Shown here in pieces: positions 20,970 to 31,538 of a stretch of 64,000 bases of DNA. How positions within the stretch are numbered: position 1 is the stretch's first letter; each line of letters begins with the position of its first letter. The translations under genes and the position numbers were made by a program. The notes under the pieces were generated by a model. That model was not told the DNA's origin. It did not search any database and saw only the letters and a list, made by a program, of their open reading frames with translations. Source of the stretch: a virus; IMG/VR virus record IMGVR_UViG_3300028840_006907, positions 160,001-224,000 of that record. One strand, written 5' to 3'.

Positions 20970-21518
20970 TTATTTTGCCTTTTCTCTGTATATCTTTGCT
21001 CTCTCTTTATTTTTTTCTCTACATTTTTTGCAAAGGGTGGTACTCCCATCTGCTATAGGATATTTACCACATCGACCACATAGACCTAATTGGTAACGGC
21101 GACGGTATGATTGAGAAATACATTTTTTGCAAGAAGTTTGTCCAGGAAGTCTTGGATTGGTTTCACAATACCCGCATAAACCTTTTTTAAGGAATTTATT
21201 TCTTCTCCTTCTTTTATATTCTTTAGCAAACATTTTACAAGTTGAACAAGCTTTGATGAATTTTCCTTTATTTTTTTCCATATCTTCTTTAGAAAGCTTA
21301 TTTCCACAAATAAAACATTGGCTTTTGTATGCTTTTCTTGTAATTCTGGTAATATTATATATTTGTGTAACTGTGACACCAAATATTTTAGCCACTATTT
21401 CAGCAGGGATTTTATCTTTGTTTCTGAAGGTGTAAACCTGTCTTTTTTCTTCAGTAGTCCACTCATAATTTTTCTTTTCTTTTACACCATCTAAATACCA
21501 AGAAGGTCTCTCAGCCAT
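20970..21518 (-). CDS. Cys-rich basic protein, possible DNA-binding
   Basis: Multiple CxxC pairs, K/R-rich. Confidence 0.3.
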   Translation of the reverse strand: MAERPSWYLDGVKEKKNYEWTTEEKRQVYTFRNKDKIPAEIVAKIFGVTVTQIYNITRITRKAYKSQCFICGNKLSKEDMEKNKGKFIKACSTCKMFAKEYKRRRRNKFLKKGLCGYCETNPRLPGQTSCKKCISQSYRRRYQLGLCGRCGKYPIADGSTTLCKKCREKNKERAKIYREKAK

Positions 21519-22012
21519 TACATACCTCTTCTGTTAAACGTGTTTTTGAAGAGTACCAAATTTGTTCATCTATGCTGTATAATACACATGTGATGGTACC
21601 GTTCATTGGAGGTTTCTTCTCAGTAGAAGGGAAGGGAATTTTTATTTCATTTCTATCAATTTTCCCTACTACAACATATTTTTCTGGGCTTATATCAATT
21701 ATTCTTTCTATTTTAATCTGAAATGTTTTCTCTTTTATATTGTTTGCTTCATGATGTATCCTTTTACAATCAACTAAAAATTCTTCAGCTATTGAGATAA
21801 ATATCTTTTGTTTTTCTATGGGTAGGTTGAAAAACTCTTTCATTAAAAGGGTCTTGAACCATCTTTTATATTTATCAAATCGTTTTTCAATTTTGTTTAT
21901 GTTCATGCTGACTCCTTATAAATATTATACCAGTCTACAAAGGGAAAACTACCAACTTTTATTTAGGTTTTTTATAACCTAAATAGATATAAGGAGTTAT
22001 GACTAAAGAAAA

Positions 22013-22312
22013 TTAGTGTGGAATTCCCACAAGTTTCTTAGTTTTCTTTATTTTTGGGACAACTAATTTAAATTTATGTGGTTTTTTTGGTTTTCCAGGT
22101 TTAGTATGTTTTATTTTTTTAAACCAAGTTGGTTTATATCTCATGAACATTTTTCTATGTTTAAGAACACTTCCATGGGTTCGCATGTATCTACGTCTCT
22201 GTACTCGGATCTTACTTCGATTCTTTCTATAATATAAACGGGCTTTAAGTCTTTGAGAAGGACTTCTGCGAGTAGGAGGTTTAATTCTGAGTTTTACTGC
22301 GATTTTTTCCAT
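22013..22312 (-). CDS. highly basic small protein (possible DNA-condensing/internal protein)
   Basis: 99 aa, more than one third K/R/H. Confidence 0.3.
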   Translation of the reverse strand: MEKIAVKLRIKPPTRRSPSQRLKARLYYRKNRSKIRVQRRRYMRTHGSVLKHRKMFMRYKPTWFKKIKHTKPGKPKKPHKFKLVVPKIKKTKKLVGIPH

Positions 22313-23010
22313 AATATTAATGCTCGATTCCTTTTTCCATCTCTTCGAGTAAATCGTAATAGTTAGGTATCTCTGCTAAATGATCAAGAGCTATTTTAAG
22401 AGCTATTTTTTTATGAATCGTTTCTTGAAAAGAACTGTCTTTTTTGATGTGCTCTTTTTCTACTTTTATCCCTTTTTTTAGTTGTTTCTTATCTACATCT
22501 TTTTCTGTTATTTTTTTTTCTGTAGCTAAACCATTCGACATAAAAGATACAAATGCTGAGGCTAATTTATAGATCTCTTTTTCGAAGTCATGTATATCAT
22601 AATTATTTTTTTCTGCAAAAGAATGCACTTGAGAGTCACTAGGATTAGGATTCTCTTTTAAAAATGAGAAGACATCTTCTTCTATATTTTTGGCTATTTT
22701 TCTGGTGCACAATAAGGCTGCTACTCTTAATATAGATGAGATATTTATTTGTGACATATTTATACTCCTTATTAGTTTTTAGAAGTAAGTAGAAATAAAT
22801 AGATTATTACAAATTCTTTTTAAGAGTTTTTTGATATGATTATATATAATTTGATTGAAAGAACTATCTTTTCTTTCCCACAATCACACTTACATTTCAA
22901 ATATATATGACGGTTTTTATCTCTTTTCTCAATTTTTAATACAGTTAATCTGCCAAATTTTTTATTGATTAAATTATCAGGTTTACCTATCATAATCGTT
23001 GGAAGGGTTT

Positions 23011-23538
23011 TTATAGATCGTGCATCTTTTTAAATTTATAAAGTCGGTATTCTGCAGATTTTTTTAATTTTTTTTCAATTTGTTCATATTCATTCAATAA
23101 TTCCTGAACTTTATTTGTAGTGAGATGGCCTCGGGCTATTTTCTTTTCAATCTCTTTCATTCTCTTCAAAGGTCGAGTTACTTTTCTGTACATATTATTT
23201 TGACCTTGCAGAGCAGATTGATTTTTTAACTTATGACAATTTTTACAATAGTATTTTTGTACTCTTGTAGCTAATTCGATGGGAGGGAGAAATAGTTTGC
23301 TACATCTTTTCTTACATTTAGGGCATTTAAAAAACCATCTATATCCTCCCAGATAATTCTCCATAGCTTCATATTCAAAAACCTGATCATTTACTGTGAA
23401 TTTATTTAATTCTTTTAAAGTTAAGTCATAGAATTCTTCCTGTGTGGATTCAGGATAGTCTCTATTAATAATCTTTTTTATAGTTTTTTGTAGAGTATTT
23501 ATGTCTACTGAACTACAATTTTCCACTGTGATTTGCAT
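23011..23538 (-). CDS. zinc-ribbon protein
   Basis: CPKCKK...CKNCHK. Confidence 0.3.
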   Translation of the reverse strand: MQITVENCSSVDINTLQKTIKKIINRDYPESTQEEFYDLTLKELNKFTVNDQVFEYEAMENYLGGYRWFFKCPKCKKRCSKLFLPPIELATRVQKYYCKNCHKLKNQSALQGQNNMYRKVTRPLKRMKEIEKKIARGHLTTNKVQELLNEYEQIEKKLKKSAEYRLYKFKKMHDL

Positions 23539-23693
23539 TTATAACTGTCCTTCTAGAGTAAAAAAGTGTTTAATATAGATAAAATATCAAAAGATTATTA
23601 AAGATGACTTATAGTATATATAAAATAAATTGTTGAATATGGTTTTTAATTGGGTATAAATCATATTCTTAATGCTTTTTATATAATTTTACT

Positions 23694-23996
23694 TTATCCA
23701 GAAGTTTTTTTGTTATCGAATATATGTTGAGCTTCCTTTGAAAATTTGAAAAAAGGAGCTTGATATGATGGTATATCTACTGTTTCTCCTGTACGAGGGT
23801 TTCTTCCTATACGTTTGTTTCTTCTTTTCACACTAAAAGCTCCAAAGCCTCTGATTTCAATTCTGTTTTCCCTTGATAGATTTTCTAATACCTGATCAAG
23901 AAACAGTTCGACGACGGATTTTACGTCATTTACCGGTCTACCAAGTTTTTGTGCTATTTGGTTGCATATATCTAATTTTGTGGTATTTTTACTCAT
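23694..23996 (-). CDS. HU/IHF family DNA-binding protein
   Basis: Signature RGFGAFSVKRRNKRIGRNPRTGETVDIP (beta-arm of bacterial histone-like proteins). Confidence 0.85.
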   Translation of the reverse strand: MSKNTTKLDICNQIAQKLGRPVNDVKSVVELFLDQVLENLSRENRIEIRGFGAFSVKRRNKRIGRNPRTGETVDIPSYQAPFFKFSKEAQHIFDNKKTSG

Positions 23997-24510
23997 GCTA
24001 AACTCTCCTTAAAGACCTTTTATTTTTTTGGTTTAAATAAATTTATGTGGTAAAAGAATTTCCATAACCAACCGATGAATGGGATATCTGTTACAGGTTT
24101 TTCTAAAACCCATTCTAGAGCACAGATATCAGGATATTCTTTTTCTTTATATTTTTTGTCATTTAATCTCTCTTCGAATAATTGTTGAAGATCTTTTTTT
24201 GTATACCTATATACGAAAGCATTACAATTTTGACAATGGTGTATCTCTTGGCATATATCCAATAGATGGGGTTCAATCTTAGCATTTTCAGGATTTGGTG
24301 GTGGCCATATAAATCTTCCTTTTGGTAGATTTGATTCTGGCTGGTGAAGAAAACAAAGATTTATTACGGTAGATATTTTACCCTTTTTTAGATAATAAGG
24401 GTAATTATATCTACAATTCTCAGGTACTCTTTTAAGAAATTTCTTATAAAGTTTTACTAGATGGTAATATTTTACCTCTCTTAATTTTTTCCAAATTTTT
24501 CCAGTACTTT

Positions 24511-25179
24511 TCATTTTGGTTCCCAATTAAGTCCAAAAACCTTTACTTTAGGTTTTTTGTAAAAGAAATTTTCATCTATGAAATAGATTTTGTCCGCATA
24601 CGACTCTAAAGAAGAGTTGTAGCATTTTTTAAAGCTCCATATTTCTATCTGTTTATTTTTACTCTTTAAATACCGGCATAGATCAGTGAAATTCCCGTCT
24701 CCAGACATTAATATCCATTTAGAGTAATGGTTTATTTTATCCAAACAATCAATCACTATTTCTACATCATTATATGATTCTTTGTATATGGGTATATTAT
24801 ATGTCTGTTCATTCTGGACTGGTTTATTATATCCTGTTGTGGGTCGATTCTGCCTTTTAATTCTTACATTTTGTTTTTTTGCCTTCATAGACTTATTGTA
24901 AACGGGTTCATTCTGGACTAACCGGTTATGCCCTATTAAGGTCCGGTTTTGTTTTTTTGCCCTTATAGTGTATCCTATGGAAGTCAGTTTGGATTCAAAT
25001 CTGCTACTATCAAAATCATTTCCTCTGAACATATAAATACTTGCACCAATAAGAAATTCGGTTTCTCGACTATTAAAATATTCCCACACTTTTTCAAAAT
25101 CGATCTTTTCTTCTTTGTTTTTCATTTCATAAAAGAGATTTTGAAGATCTATTTGTAGGAATGTCGTAAAATTTTTCAT
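24511..25179 (-). CDS. NYN/PIN-like domain protein (tentative)
   Basis: LQIDLQNLFY near N-terminus and WILMSGDGNFTDL block resemble NYN/LabA motifs. Confidence 0.35.
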   Translation of the reverse strand: MKNFTTFLQIDLQNLFYEMKNKEEKIDFEKVWEYFNSRETEFLIGASIYMFRGNDFDSSRFESKLTSIGYTIRAKKQNRTLIGHNRLVQNEPVYNKSMKAKKQNVRIKRQNRPTTGYNKPVQNEQTYNIPIYKESYNDVEIVIDCLDKINHYSKWILMSGDGNFTDLCRYLKSKNKQIEIWSFKKCYNSSLESYADKIYFIDENFFYKKPKVKVFGLNWEPK

Positions 25180-25781
25180 TTAATTTTCTCCATGATAAGA
25201 CCGTTTTTTGATTCCTTCACTTTATATACTCGGTCTGCATCGTGTTTAAATTCTTTTTGATGGGTTACAAGAAGTATATCTATACCTATCTTTTTTGAGA
25301 GTTCACTTATTAATTTTGCTGTGTTAGAAATGTAAAGTTCTCCGACTGGTGCAAAGGTCTCATCTAAAAGCATCAATCGTGCGAGATCTTTTTTTAGTAC
25401 ACTGAGAATACGCATAAGAAAACTTTCTATAACAGCTACACTTCCTCCAAAAGATTTGAAATCACCTTCAATATCTCCATCTAAAGTTTTTAATTCAATA
25501 TTTATTTTTCCTGCTTTTTCTTTTTTGTCAGGTAAAAAAGTTAAATTCTGATCATCAAAGACACTTTTAAGACCGTAAGTGATAAGAGCTGCCATTCGGG
25601 TTATTTCATTTTTAACCATAATATCTAAAAGATGTTTTAATACCACACTAGCTTTTGAATCCCTTTCGATGTTTATCTTAAGGGATTCAATAGTATCTTT
25701 TAGTGACTGCTCTTGATTTAATAACGCCTTATAGAACCCATCAATCTGATCTGTTTGTCGTTGTAAAGCAGTAATATCCAT
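25176..25781 (-). CDS. ABC-type ATPase C-terminal lobe (Rad50/SbcC-like signature, Walker B, H-loop)
   Basis: SFGGS (signature-like), LMLLDETF (Walker B), ILLVTHQ (H-loop) in 201 aa; no Walker A. Confidence 0.5.
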   Translation of the reverse strand: MDITALQRQTDQIDGFYKALLNQEQSLKDTIESLKINIERDSKASVVLKHLLDIMVKNEITRMAALITYGLKSVFDDQNLTFLPDKKEKAGKINIELKTLDGDIEGDFKSFGGSVAVIESFLMRILSVLKKDLARLMLLDETFAPVGELYISNTAKLISELSKKIGIDILLVTHQKEFKHDADRVYKVKESKNGLIMEKIK

Positions 25782-25783
25782 TT

Positions 25784-26938
25784 TTATACTTTCCTAGCTA
25801 GTGTTAATAAAGCTATCGCAGTAAAAGGTATTGTGATTGGATCTTTGTCTTTCTCTTCTATGATAATACTAGCTTCACTATAGATAGTGCATTTTCTCGC
25901 TTTTAAATAGAAATTGACATTTTTTGCCTGAAAGAGACTTAAAATGTTTTTAAATTTAGCACATTCTATAAGGAAATCAAGTTTATTATTTCCTGAAATT
26001 CTTTTACATTCCATATTTTCATATGAAGGTCGATCAGTCAAGGTTTTCATTTTAAGTATTTGATCTTCTCCGTAAGAAGAATCGATGGCTATATCTTCCC
26101 ATGAAGAAAGAGCTAAACGATTCAACTTTTTTGAGAAATCTGAACAGTTCACATTAAAACCGTCTGTGTCTGGGACTTCAGTGGTAATTGGTAATTTCGG
26201 TTTTCCCACAATTGATTGTCTAAAACCGAAATAATTAAGGTCGTCTTCTGAAGAAAATGTAATGTATTTTTCAGAAGATTTAATAGTGACTTCAGAAGAT
26301 TTTGTTTTATCAACAAAATTGATAATTGATGGAAGCATTGCTCTTCTTAAAGCCAGTTCCGGGATACTATTGAAATCATCACTCTTGAAAGCCCCTATTT
26401 TAGTATTACCATCTGATCCGTATAATGTACCTTCTTCAATAAACAGATTGGAGAACTTTTTATCCTTATCATCCTTAGGAAGAAAACCCTGGATAAATTT
26501 TACTCCTTTAAGAAAAACAACTGAATTGATTTTGCCCCTTAATTCTTGATTGGTTAAATCAAAATTAAGAAATTTTTCAGGTTCGAAAGAAGCAAAAGAA
26601 ATGTAAGCTTTTTTGTTATCAGATGCATACACATTCAGAGTTTTCTTTTCAGGGTCGTAGGAAAAAGAGATCTCTTCTGAATCTGAATTGTTAATAAGTA
26701 AAAGTATTCTTTTTGGATCTGCTGTAAATTCTGTTATATCCCCTTCAACAGATTTTAAAGGAAAATGAGATTGAGCAATTTTATCTTCGTCTGTGGCATA
26801 CAAAGAAACGTTTTCATTACTTTCATTAATTCTGAATAAAGTATGGCTACGGATGGTATTAGCCACATCACCCGTTGCCAGGGAGACTACTGATAGAGCA
26901 GTTTTTAATTCTTTAGTTGGAGCTGAAAAATTTATCAT
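25784..26938 (-). CDS. DNA polymerase sliding clamp (beta-clamp-like)
   Basis: 384 aa; N-terminal pattern (LYATDEDKIAQSHFPL ... FEPEKFLNF) and overall length match DnaN-type clamps. Confidence 0.6.
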   Translation of the reverse strand: MINFSAPTKELKTALSVVSLATGDVANTIRSHTLFRINESNENVSLYATDEDKIAQSHFPLKSVEGDITEFTADPKRILLLINNSDSEEISFSYDPEKKTLNVYASDNKKAYISFASFEPEKFLNFDLTNQELRGKINSVVFLKGVKFIQGFLPKDDKDKKFSNLFIEEGTLYGSDGNTKIGAFKSDDFNSIPELALRRAMLPSIINFVDKTKSSEVTIKSSEKYITFSSEDDLNYFGFRQSIVGKPKLPITTEVPDTDGFNVNCSDFSKKLNRLALSSWEDIAIDSSYGEDQILKMKTLTDRPSYENMECKRISGNNKLDFLIECAKFKNILSLFQAKNVNFYLKARKCTIYSEASIIIEEKDKDPITIPFTAIALLTLARKV

Positions 26939-26941
26939 TTT

Positions 26942-27202
26942 TTATACCTCTATTAAGTTAAGTTTTTGTTTAGTTTCTTCTACTTCTTTTTCCAGATCTG
27001 TCAATAATTTCTGTAATTCATTTTCTTTCTCTTCTCTGATACTGGATAATTTTTTCGGATCATAACCTTTCTTTTTTATCTCCTTGAGGAGCTTTTCAAG
27101 ATTAATTTTTTCATTATTAAATCTCTCCTCCAGGCGGATTTTCTGATTAGAGATAGTATTCACATCTTCTTTGATTTTTTGATATCTTTCTGTTTCATTC
27201 AT
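26942..27202 (-). CDS. small coiled-coil protein
   Basis: 86 aa, heptad-like K/E-rich. Confidence 0.3.
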   Translation of the reverse strand: MNETERYQKIKEDVNTISNQKIRLEERFNNEKINLEKLLKEIKKKGYDPKKLSSIREEKENELQKLLTDLEKEVEETKQKLNLIEV

Positions 27203-27217
27203 AACATTTACCTCATT

Positions 27218-28060
27218 TTAATCGAGACCGAATTCGATAACTTCACCATCGCTCTCTAGGTTTTCTATTTTAGAAGGTTTTGCCCGAGAAGCCTTATCTT
27301 TAAGACCCTCAAGACATTCGTTTGCATAGTTACAATATTTACAGGATTTGGAACTAGGTGTAGGAAGATATTTCTCTGTATTAACAATCTCTTTAATATC
27401 CAAAGATAGATTTGCTCTGAATTCGTTTAATAATTCCTGATCAATTGCTACAGGAATAAGAGTGTTAAAACGGTAATAGAAAAATCCTAGTTCCATTGGT
27501 AATCTTTTAAATTGGAAATAGTAAAGTAAAGCATAAAATAGGAGTTGATTATTATCAATATTTTTACCTATTTTAGTAGTCCCTTTTCCATCAAAGATAG
27601 ATTCTTCTGTTGTTTTTATAGGATTTTTATGTATAAAATCTAACCTTCCTTTTAAAATTAGAGAATTTTTTAATGTTACTTCTATCTGTATTTCTGACCG
27701 TGTATTAAGAAAATAATTTCTATTCGTTGATTCCATGATATGGCATACATCAGAATAAGCTGATGCTAGGATCTCCTCTTTAGACTCTTTACAGAAAAAT
27801 GCAGTCCAGTCAACGAGGCTATTTCTTAAAATCATTTTGTATAAAGTAATTAGTTTTTCTCTTATTTCTGAAGAAGTCAAGATAGGGTTGGTTTTACACC
27901 AAATATTACAATATAATTCAAAGAATTTTTCTACCAGTCTTCCATACAAAGTGAAATACTCATTAATAGGTACAGTAGGAGGATCTTCCTTTACATATTG
28001 TTTATAGAATTTTTTAGGGCATTCTTTAAATGCCTTCCAGGATTTAAAGGTTATGTTCAT
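27218..28060 (-). CDS. PD-(D/E)XK nuclease with Cys cluster (Cas4/RecB-nuclease-like)
   Basis: GRLDFI ... DGKGT ... QLLFYALLYY core and N-terminal Cys plus C-terminal CKYCNYANEC, as in Fe-S-containing Cas4/AddB nuclease domains. Confidence 0.55.
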   Translation of the reverse strand: MNITFKSWKAFKECPKKFYKQYVKEDPPTVPINEYFTLYGRLVEKFFELYCNIWCKTNPILTSSEIREKLITLYKMILRNSLVDWTAFFCKESKEEILASAYSDVCHIMESTNRNYFLNTRSEIQIEVTLKNSLILKGRLDFIHKNPIKTTEESIFDGKGTTKIGKNIDNNQLLFYALLYYFQFKRLPMELGFFYYRFNTLIPVAIDQELLNEFRANLSLDIKEIVNTEKYLPTPSSKSCKYCNYANECLEGLKDKASRAKPSKIENLESDGEVIEFGLD

Positions 28061-29031
28061 TTAGAAGCCTCCTGGATAAAATAAAGCACTCTTTTCCGGA
28101 CAGCTTCAACCATATCCATTTTGTCTATCATATCATCAATTGTTTGGGATTTATCAGATGAATCAACTACAGCTTCAGTAGCTAATTTTTCCACAAATAA
28201 TTTTATTTCTTCTTTTTCCTGTTGTTCCTGTTTTTTCTTTTCAAGATCAAAAACCTCACTTGCAGGTTGAATTCTTAATCTTATAGGACGTACTAAATAC
28301 GATGGCTCACCGTTTTCTACCTGGATTTTTATGAAACCTATCTGAGGGTGATGGTCTATATCATCTTCTGATATAGCCCCGCGACTCATTGAGCCTATAT
28401 TTATAAAATATTTCCCGTTCTGTTTATAGATACCCTGGTCTATGTGATAATGCCCTATAACGAAAATGTCAGATGGGAGTTCACCTATCTCATCATACCC
28501 ATAAATTTTATTCTTAAAAAGCATAGTACTTTTTAAACCAGCATAAATGTGGAGAGCACATATCTGTGTAATACAATCACCTTTATCAGGTAGATTTAAA
28601 TTTGATAAATCAATATCTTCTGTAAATGGAATTCCTACAAGAGATATTTTCACATTATCCTTTTCAATTATCTCATGACGAAGTTGAATAAGGGTACCAT
28701 CAGCAAATAACACTCCCAGCGGTTGTTCAGAGATACTTTCCAATCGATCTGCTGAAAGATCATGATTTCCTTCTATCATATAGATGGGACAGGAAAATTT
28801 TTGAAATATTTTTATGAGTTCCCTGTTTAAGTTGTGGCTGTTTTTTGCCGGATTCTTAAGATTAAAAAGATCCCCTGCTATAATAGCAGCATCAGCATTT
28901 AATTTTCTACATGCCATGCCCATTTGGTCTATTTTATCAAGCATGGTTTTTTTAAAATCATCTGTCCTTGATCTGGGACCGTTATCACTAATATGGATAT
29001 CATTCGCTGTTATAATTGTAAATTCAGTCAT
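28057..29031 (-). CDS. sbcD: Mre11/SbcD-type calcineurin-like phosphoesterase nuclease
   Basis: Motifs ANDIHIS, GDLFN, EGNHD, GHYH. Confidence 0.8.
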   Translation of the reverse strand: MTEFTIITANDIHISDNGPRSRTDDFKKTMLDKIDQMGMACRKLNADAAIIAGDLFNLKNPAKNSHNLNRELIKIFQKFSCPIYMIEGNHDLSADRLESISEQPLGVLFADGTLIQLRHEIIEKDNVKISLVGIPFTEDIDLSNLNLPDKGDCITQICALHIYAGLKSTMLFKNKIYGYDEIGELPSDIFVIGHYHIDQGIYKQNGKYFINIGSMSRGAISEDDIDHHPQIGFIKIQVENGEPSYLVRPIRLRIQPASEVFDLEKKKQEQQEKEEIKLFVEKLATEAVVDSSDKSQTIDDMIDKMDMVEAVRKRVLYFIQEASK

Positions 29032-30329
29032 AATGGCCTCTCACATAAAGGGCATACTTTAATTTCGTTCTTTTCTTTTTGTGCTTTTTCAAGCTCAGAG
29101 GTAGTTTTCTTTAAATCATCCCTTGTGGTTTTCAGGGATTTAACTAGTGCAAGAAATTCAATTTCTATGCTTTGCATATTTGTTAAATCTTTTAGCTTTA
29201 ATGAAACCTTATTTATAGCTTTTTGGATTTGATCGAAATTTAGAGATTGTAAAACATTCTTTTGTTTTCGTATGTTTTCAGAAGTAGTGATTAAAGAATC
29301 ATCCCATTTTTTAAGGGATAATACTTCATTTAGAGATAATTCTGTATCTTCAATTTTAGGTATCTTTATTTTTGATATACTTTTTAATTTGTTAACTATT
29401 GACGTTAATACTTTATACTTTTCACTCTTTTCTTGAATCCATTCAAATTCATCTAATATTTCTTTACCTTTGGTTTCATTAGGAATACTTATTTCGGGAA
29501 TGCTTTTTAATTTTTCTATGACCTCTATTGATTTTTTATATTTGCTATCTGTTTCTTGAAGCCATGGTAATTCAGATATAACTTTTTTACATTTAGAACT
29601 ATCAGGTATCTCGATATCTTTTATGGATTTAAGACGTTGTAATATGTCAGTGAGGGATTTTAACTGTCCTTCTAAATATCTGATGGTATGGATTTCTTCT
29701 TGAAGTTCTTTTGCCTTTTTATCTTTTTCAGCAAGTAATTTTACTGTTTCTTTTATTGTTTTGAAATCCTTATATTTCTCAAGATCAATTTGAAGTGCTT
29801 TGAGATCAGCTTCCCTGGTTTTTAATAACGATTTATCAGCTTTAATTGCTTTTTGGCATAAACTATCTGCAGTACTGAGAGTATCGATTTGATATAGATT
29901 TGCTAAAACCTCTGTGACGACAGGACCAGGTTTATTGATAAGAAAAAGAGGATCGAATTGAGATGCTATTAATGGTGATATCTTTTGATCCCCTATTACC
30001 ATTTTTCGAAATCCTGCCTTTGTTATAGGTTCGGGAATAGTTCCTTTTAATTTTGTAAACGGTTCATCATAACCTTTGATTTTATAAGAAGCTGTACTTT
30101 TTGTTTTTTCCCATTCAAAATTAAGGTCTTTATAATCGACAATGACTCTAGCTTTTTTCTTACCTTTCTTTATGAAACCACTTCCGGTCTGGTTATTTAA
30201 AGCTGCATCAATTGCTCTTATAATAGCACTTTTCCCAATATTGTTCTTACCAATAACAACAGTGAATCCTTCAATATCGAAATCAACTTTATTTATACTC
30301 TGGAAATTTTCAATTGATATTTTAGTCAT
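29028..30329 (-). CDS. sbcC: Rad50/SbcC-like ATPase N-terminal lobe plus coiled coil ending in a CxxC hook
   Basis: Walker A GKNNIGKS after FTVVIGKN, long coiled coil, protein terminates ...KVCPLCERPL. Confidence 0.6.
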   Translation of the reverse strand: MTKISIENFQSINKVDFDIEGFTVVIGKNNIGKSAIIRAIDAALNNQTGSGFIKKGKKKARVIVDYKDLNFEWEKTKSTASYKIKGYDEPFTKLKGTIPEPITKAGFRKMVIGDQKISPLIASQFDPLFLINKPGPVVTEVLANLYQIDTLSTADSLCQKAIKADKSLLKTREADLKALQIDLEKYKDFKTIKETVKLLAEKDKKAKELQEEIHTIRYLEGQLKSLTDILQRLKSIKDIEIPDSSKCKKVISELPWLQETDSKYKKSIEVIEKLKSIPEISIPNETKGKEILDEFEWIQEKSEKYKVLTSIVNKLKSISKIKIPKIEDTELSLNEVLSLKKWDDSLITTSENIRKQKNVLQSLNFDQIQKAINKVSLKLKDLTNMQSIEIEFLALVKSLKTTRDDLKKTTSELEKAQKEKNEIKVCPLCERPL

Positions 30330-31538
30330 TTATTTTCTCTTTTTCTTTTCTTTTTCTTTTTTAACAAAACTATCTGCTACATTTTCCATTAAAGAATCAA
30401 AATCATCACCTTCATTTTCTGTATTCTGATATATTTCTTGAATCTCATTATCCTGATTGATTGTGAGACAGTCCTGAACTTTTTTAAATGCATCCATATC
30501 AGTATTAAGTTTTTTCCATAACTGCTCTTTTCCCTGTACTTTGAAAATGAGTTCCTTATTTAATGTAAAGCTATAAAAGGAACCTCCTTTAACAATGACT
30601 TTTGAATTAATTGCCAATTCCATAATAGATTTGATATTATCGAAGCCAATTCCAAAACGAATGTAAACTGGAGCAGATTTGTAAGGTTTATCGATTTTAT
30701 TTTTTACAACAGAAGCTTTAATAGTTACATTGGTAGGTTCCTTATCTTTTTTACCTGTTAATTTACTTGTAACATCAATTTTTTCTACAATACTTCTTTT
30801 TAGTGATATTCGAACAGATGAATAAAATTTCAATGCCCTACCACCACTAGATTCTTCATCTGGACCTGTCTCATATTTGCTCTTTTTAATAACAGTTCTT
30901 AACTGATTGGTAAAAAGAAGATTTGTATTACTGGCTTTAAGAAATTTGGTAATATAATTCAAAAATACAGACATTAATTGTGCTTGCAATCCAATACGAG
31001 CTGATTCATCAATATCTCCTTGAAGAAATTCTTTTGGAATCATGGCAGAGACACTATCAACAGCAATGATATAAGGTTTCATCATAAGCATATCGAATAT
31101 TTGTCTGGCTCCTTGCTGAAAATAATTTGGTTGAACTAGTATAAATTTATCCGGACTGAGGTCTACCCCTATTTTCTGGGCATAGTCAGGATGGAATGTT
31201 TGTTCAAAATCAACTAGGATACCAACACTACCTAATTCTTGAGCACATTTAATAGCACTTAAAACAAAGGTTGTTTTACCAGAAGATTCATCACCAAATA
31301 TTTCAACGATATGACCTCGGGGAAGTCCTCCCGGTTTACCTGTCATAGTACCGTCCCCGATAAGTGAATCGATTATCCAAGAACCGGTAGGGACGAAATC
31401 AATAGCTTGTCTATTTTTTAAATTGACAATAGTATGTGCATCTTCTTTATTTACTTTTCTTAGATACTCTTGAGCGCTTAGTGGCTTCTTGGCCTTTTTC
31501 AAATATTCTTCCGCTGTGAAGGCTTTCTTTTCCGCCAT
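30330..31538 (-). CDS. recA: RecA-family recombinase
   Basis: Walker A GDESSGKTT and conserved RecA core with extended C-terminus. Confidence 0.9.
   Translation of the reverse strand: MAEKKAFTAEEYLKKAKKPLSAQEYLRKVNKEDAHTIVNLKNRQAIDFVPTGSWIIDSLIGDGTMTGKPGGLPRGHIVEIFGDESSGKTTFVLSAIKCAQELGSVGILVDFEQTFHPDYAQKIGVDLSPDKFILVQPNYFQQGARQIFDMLMMKPYIIAVDSVSAMIPKEFLQGDIDESARIGLQAQLMSVFLNYITKFLKASNTNLLFTNQLRTVIKKSKYETGPDEESSGGRALKFYSSVRISLKRSIVEKIDVTSKLTGKKDKEPTNVTIKASVVKNKIDKPYKSAPVYIRFGIGFDNIKSIMELAINSKVIVKGGSFYSFTLNKELIFKVQGKEQLWKKLNTDMDAFKKVQDCLTINQDNEIQEIYQNTENEGDDFDSLMENVADSFVKKEKEKKKRK

Noticed and set aside
21952-21980. AT-only inverted repeat atttaggtt-ttttat-aacctaaat as a terminator
   Set aside because: Stem is entirely A/T-rich with no adjacent U-tract in the correct orientation; more likely incidental in AT-rich DNA.
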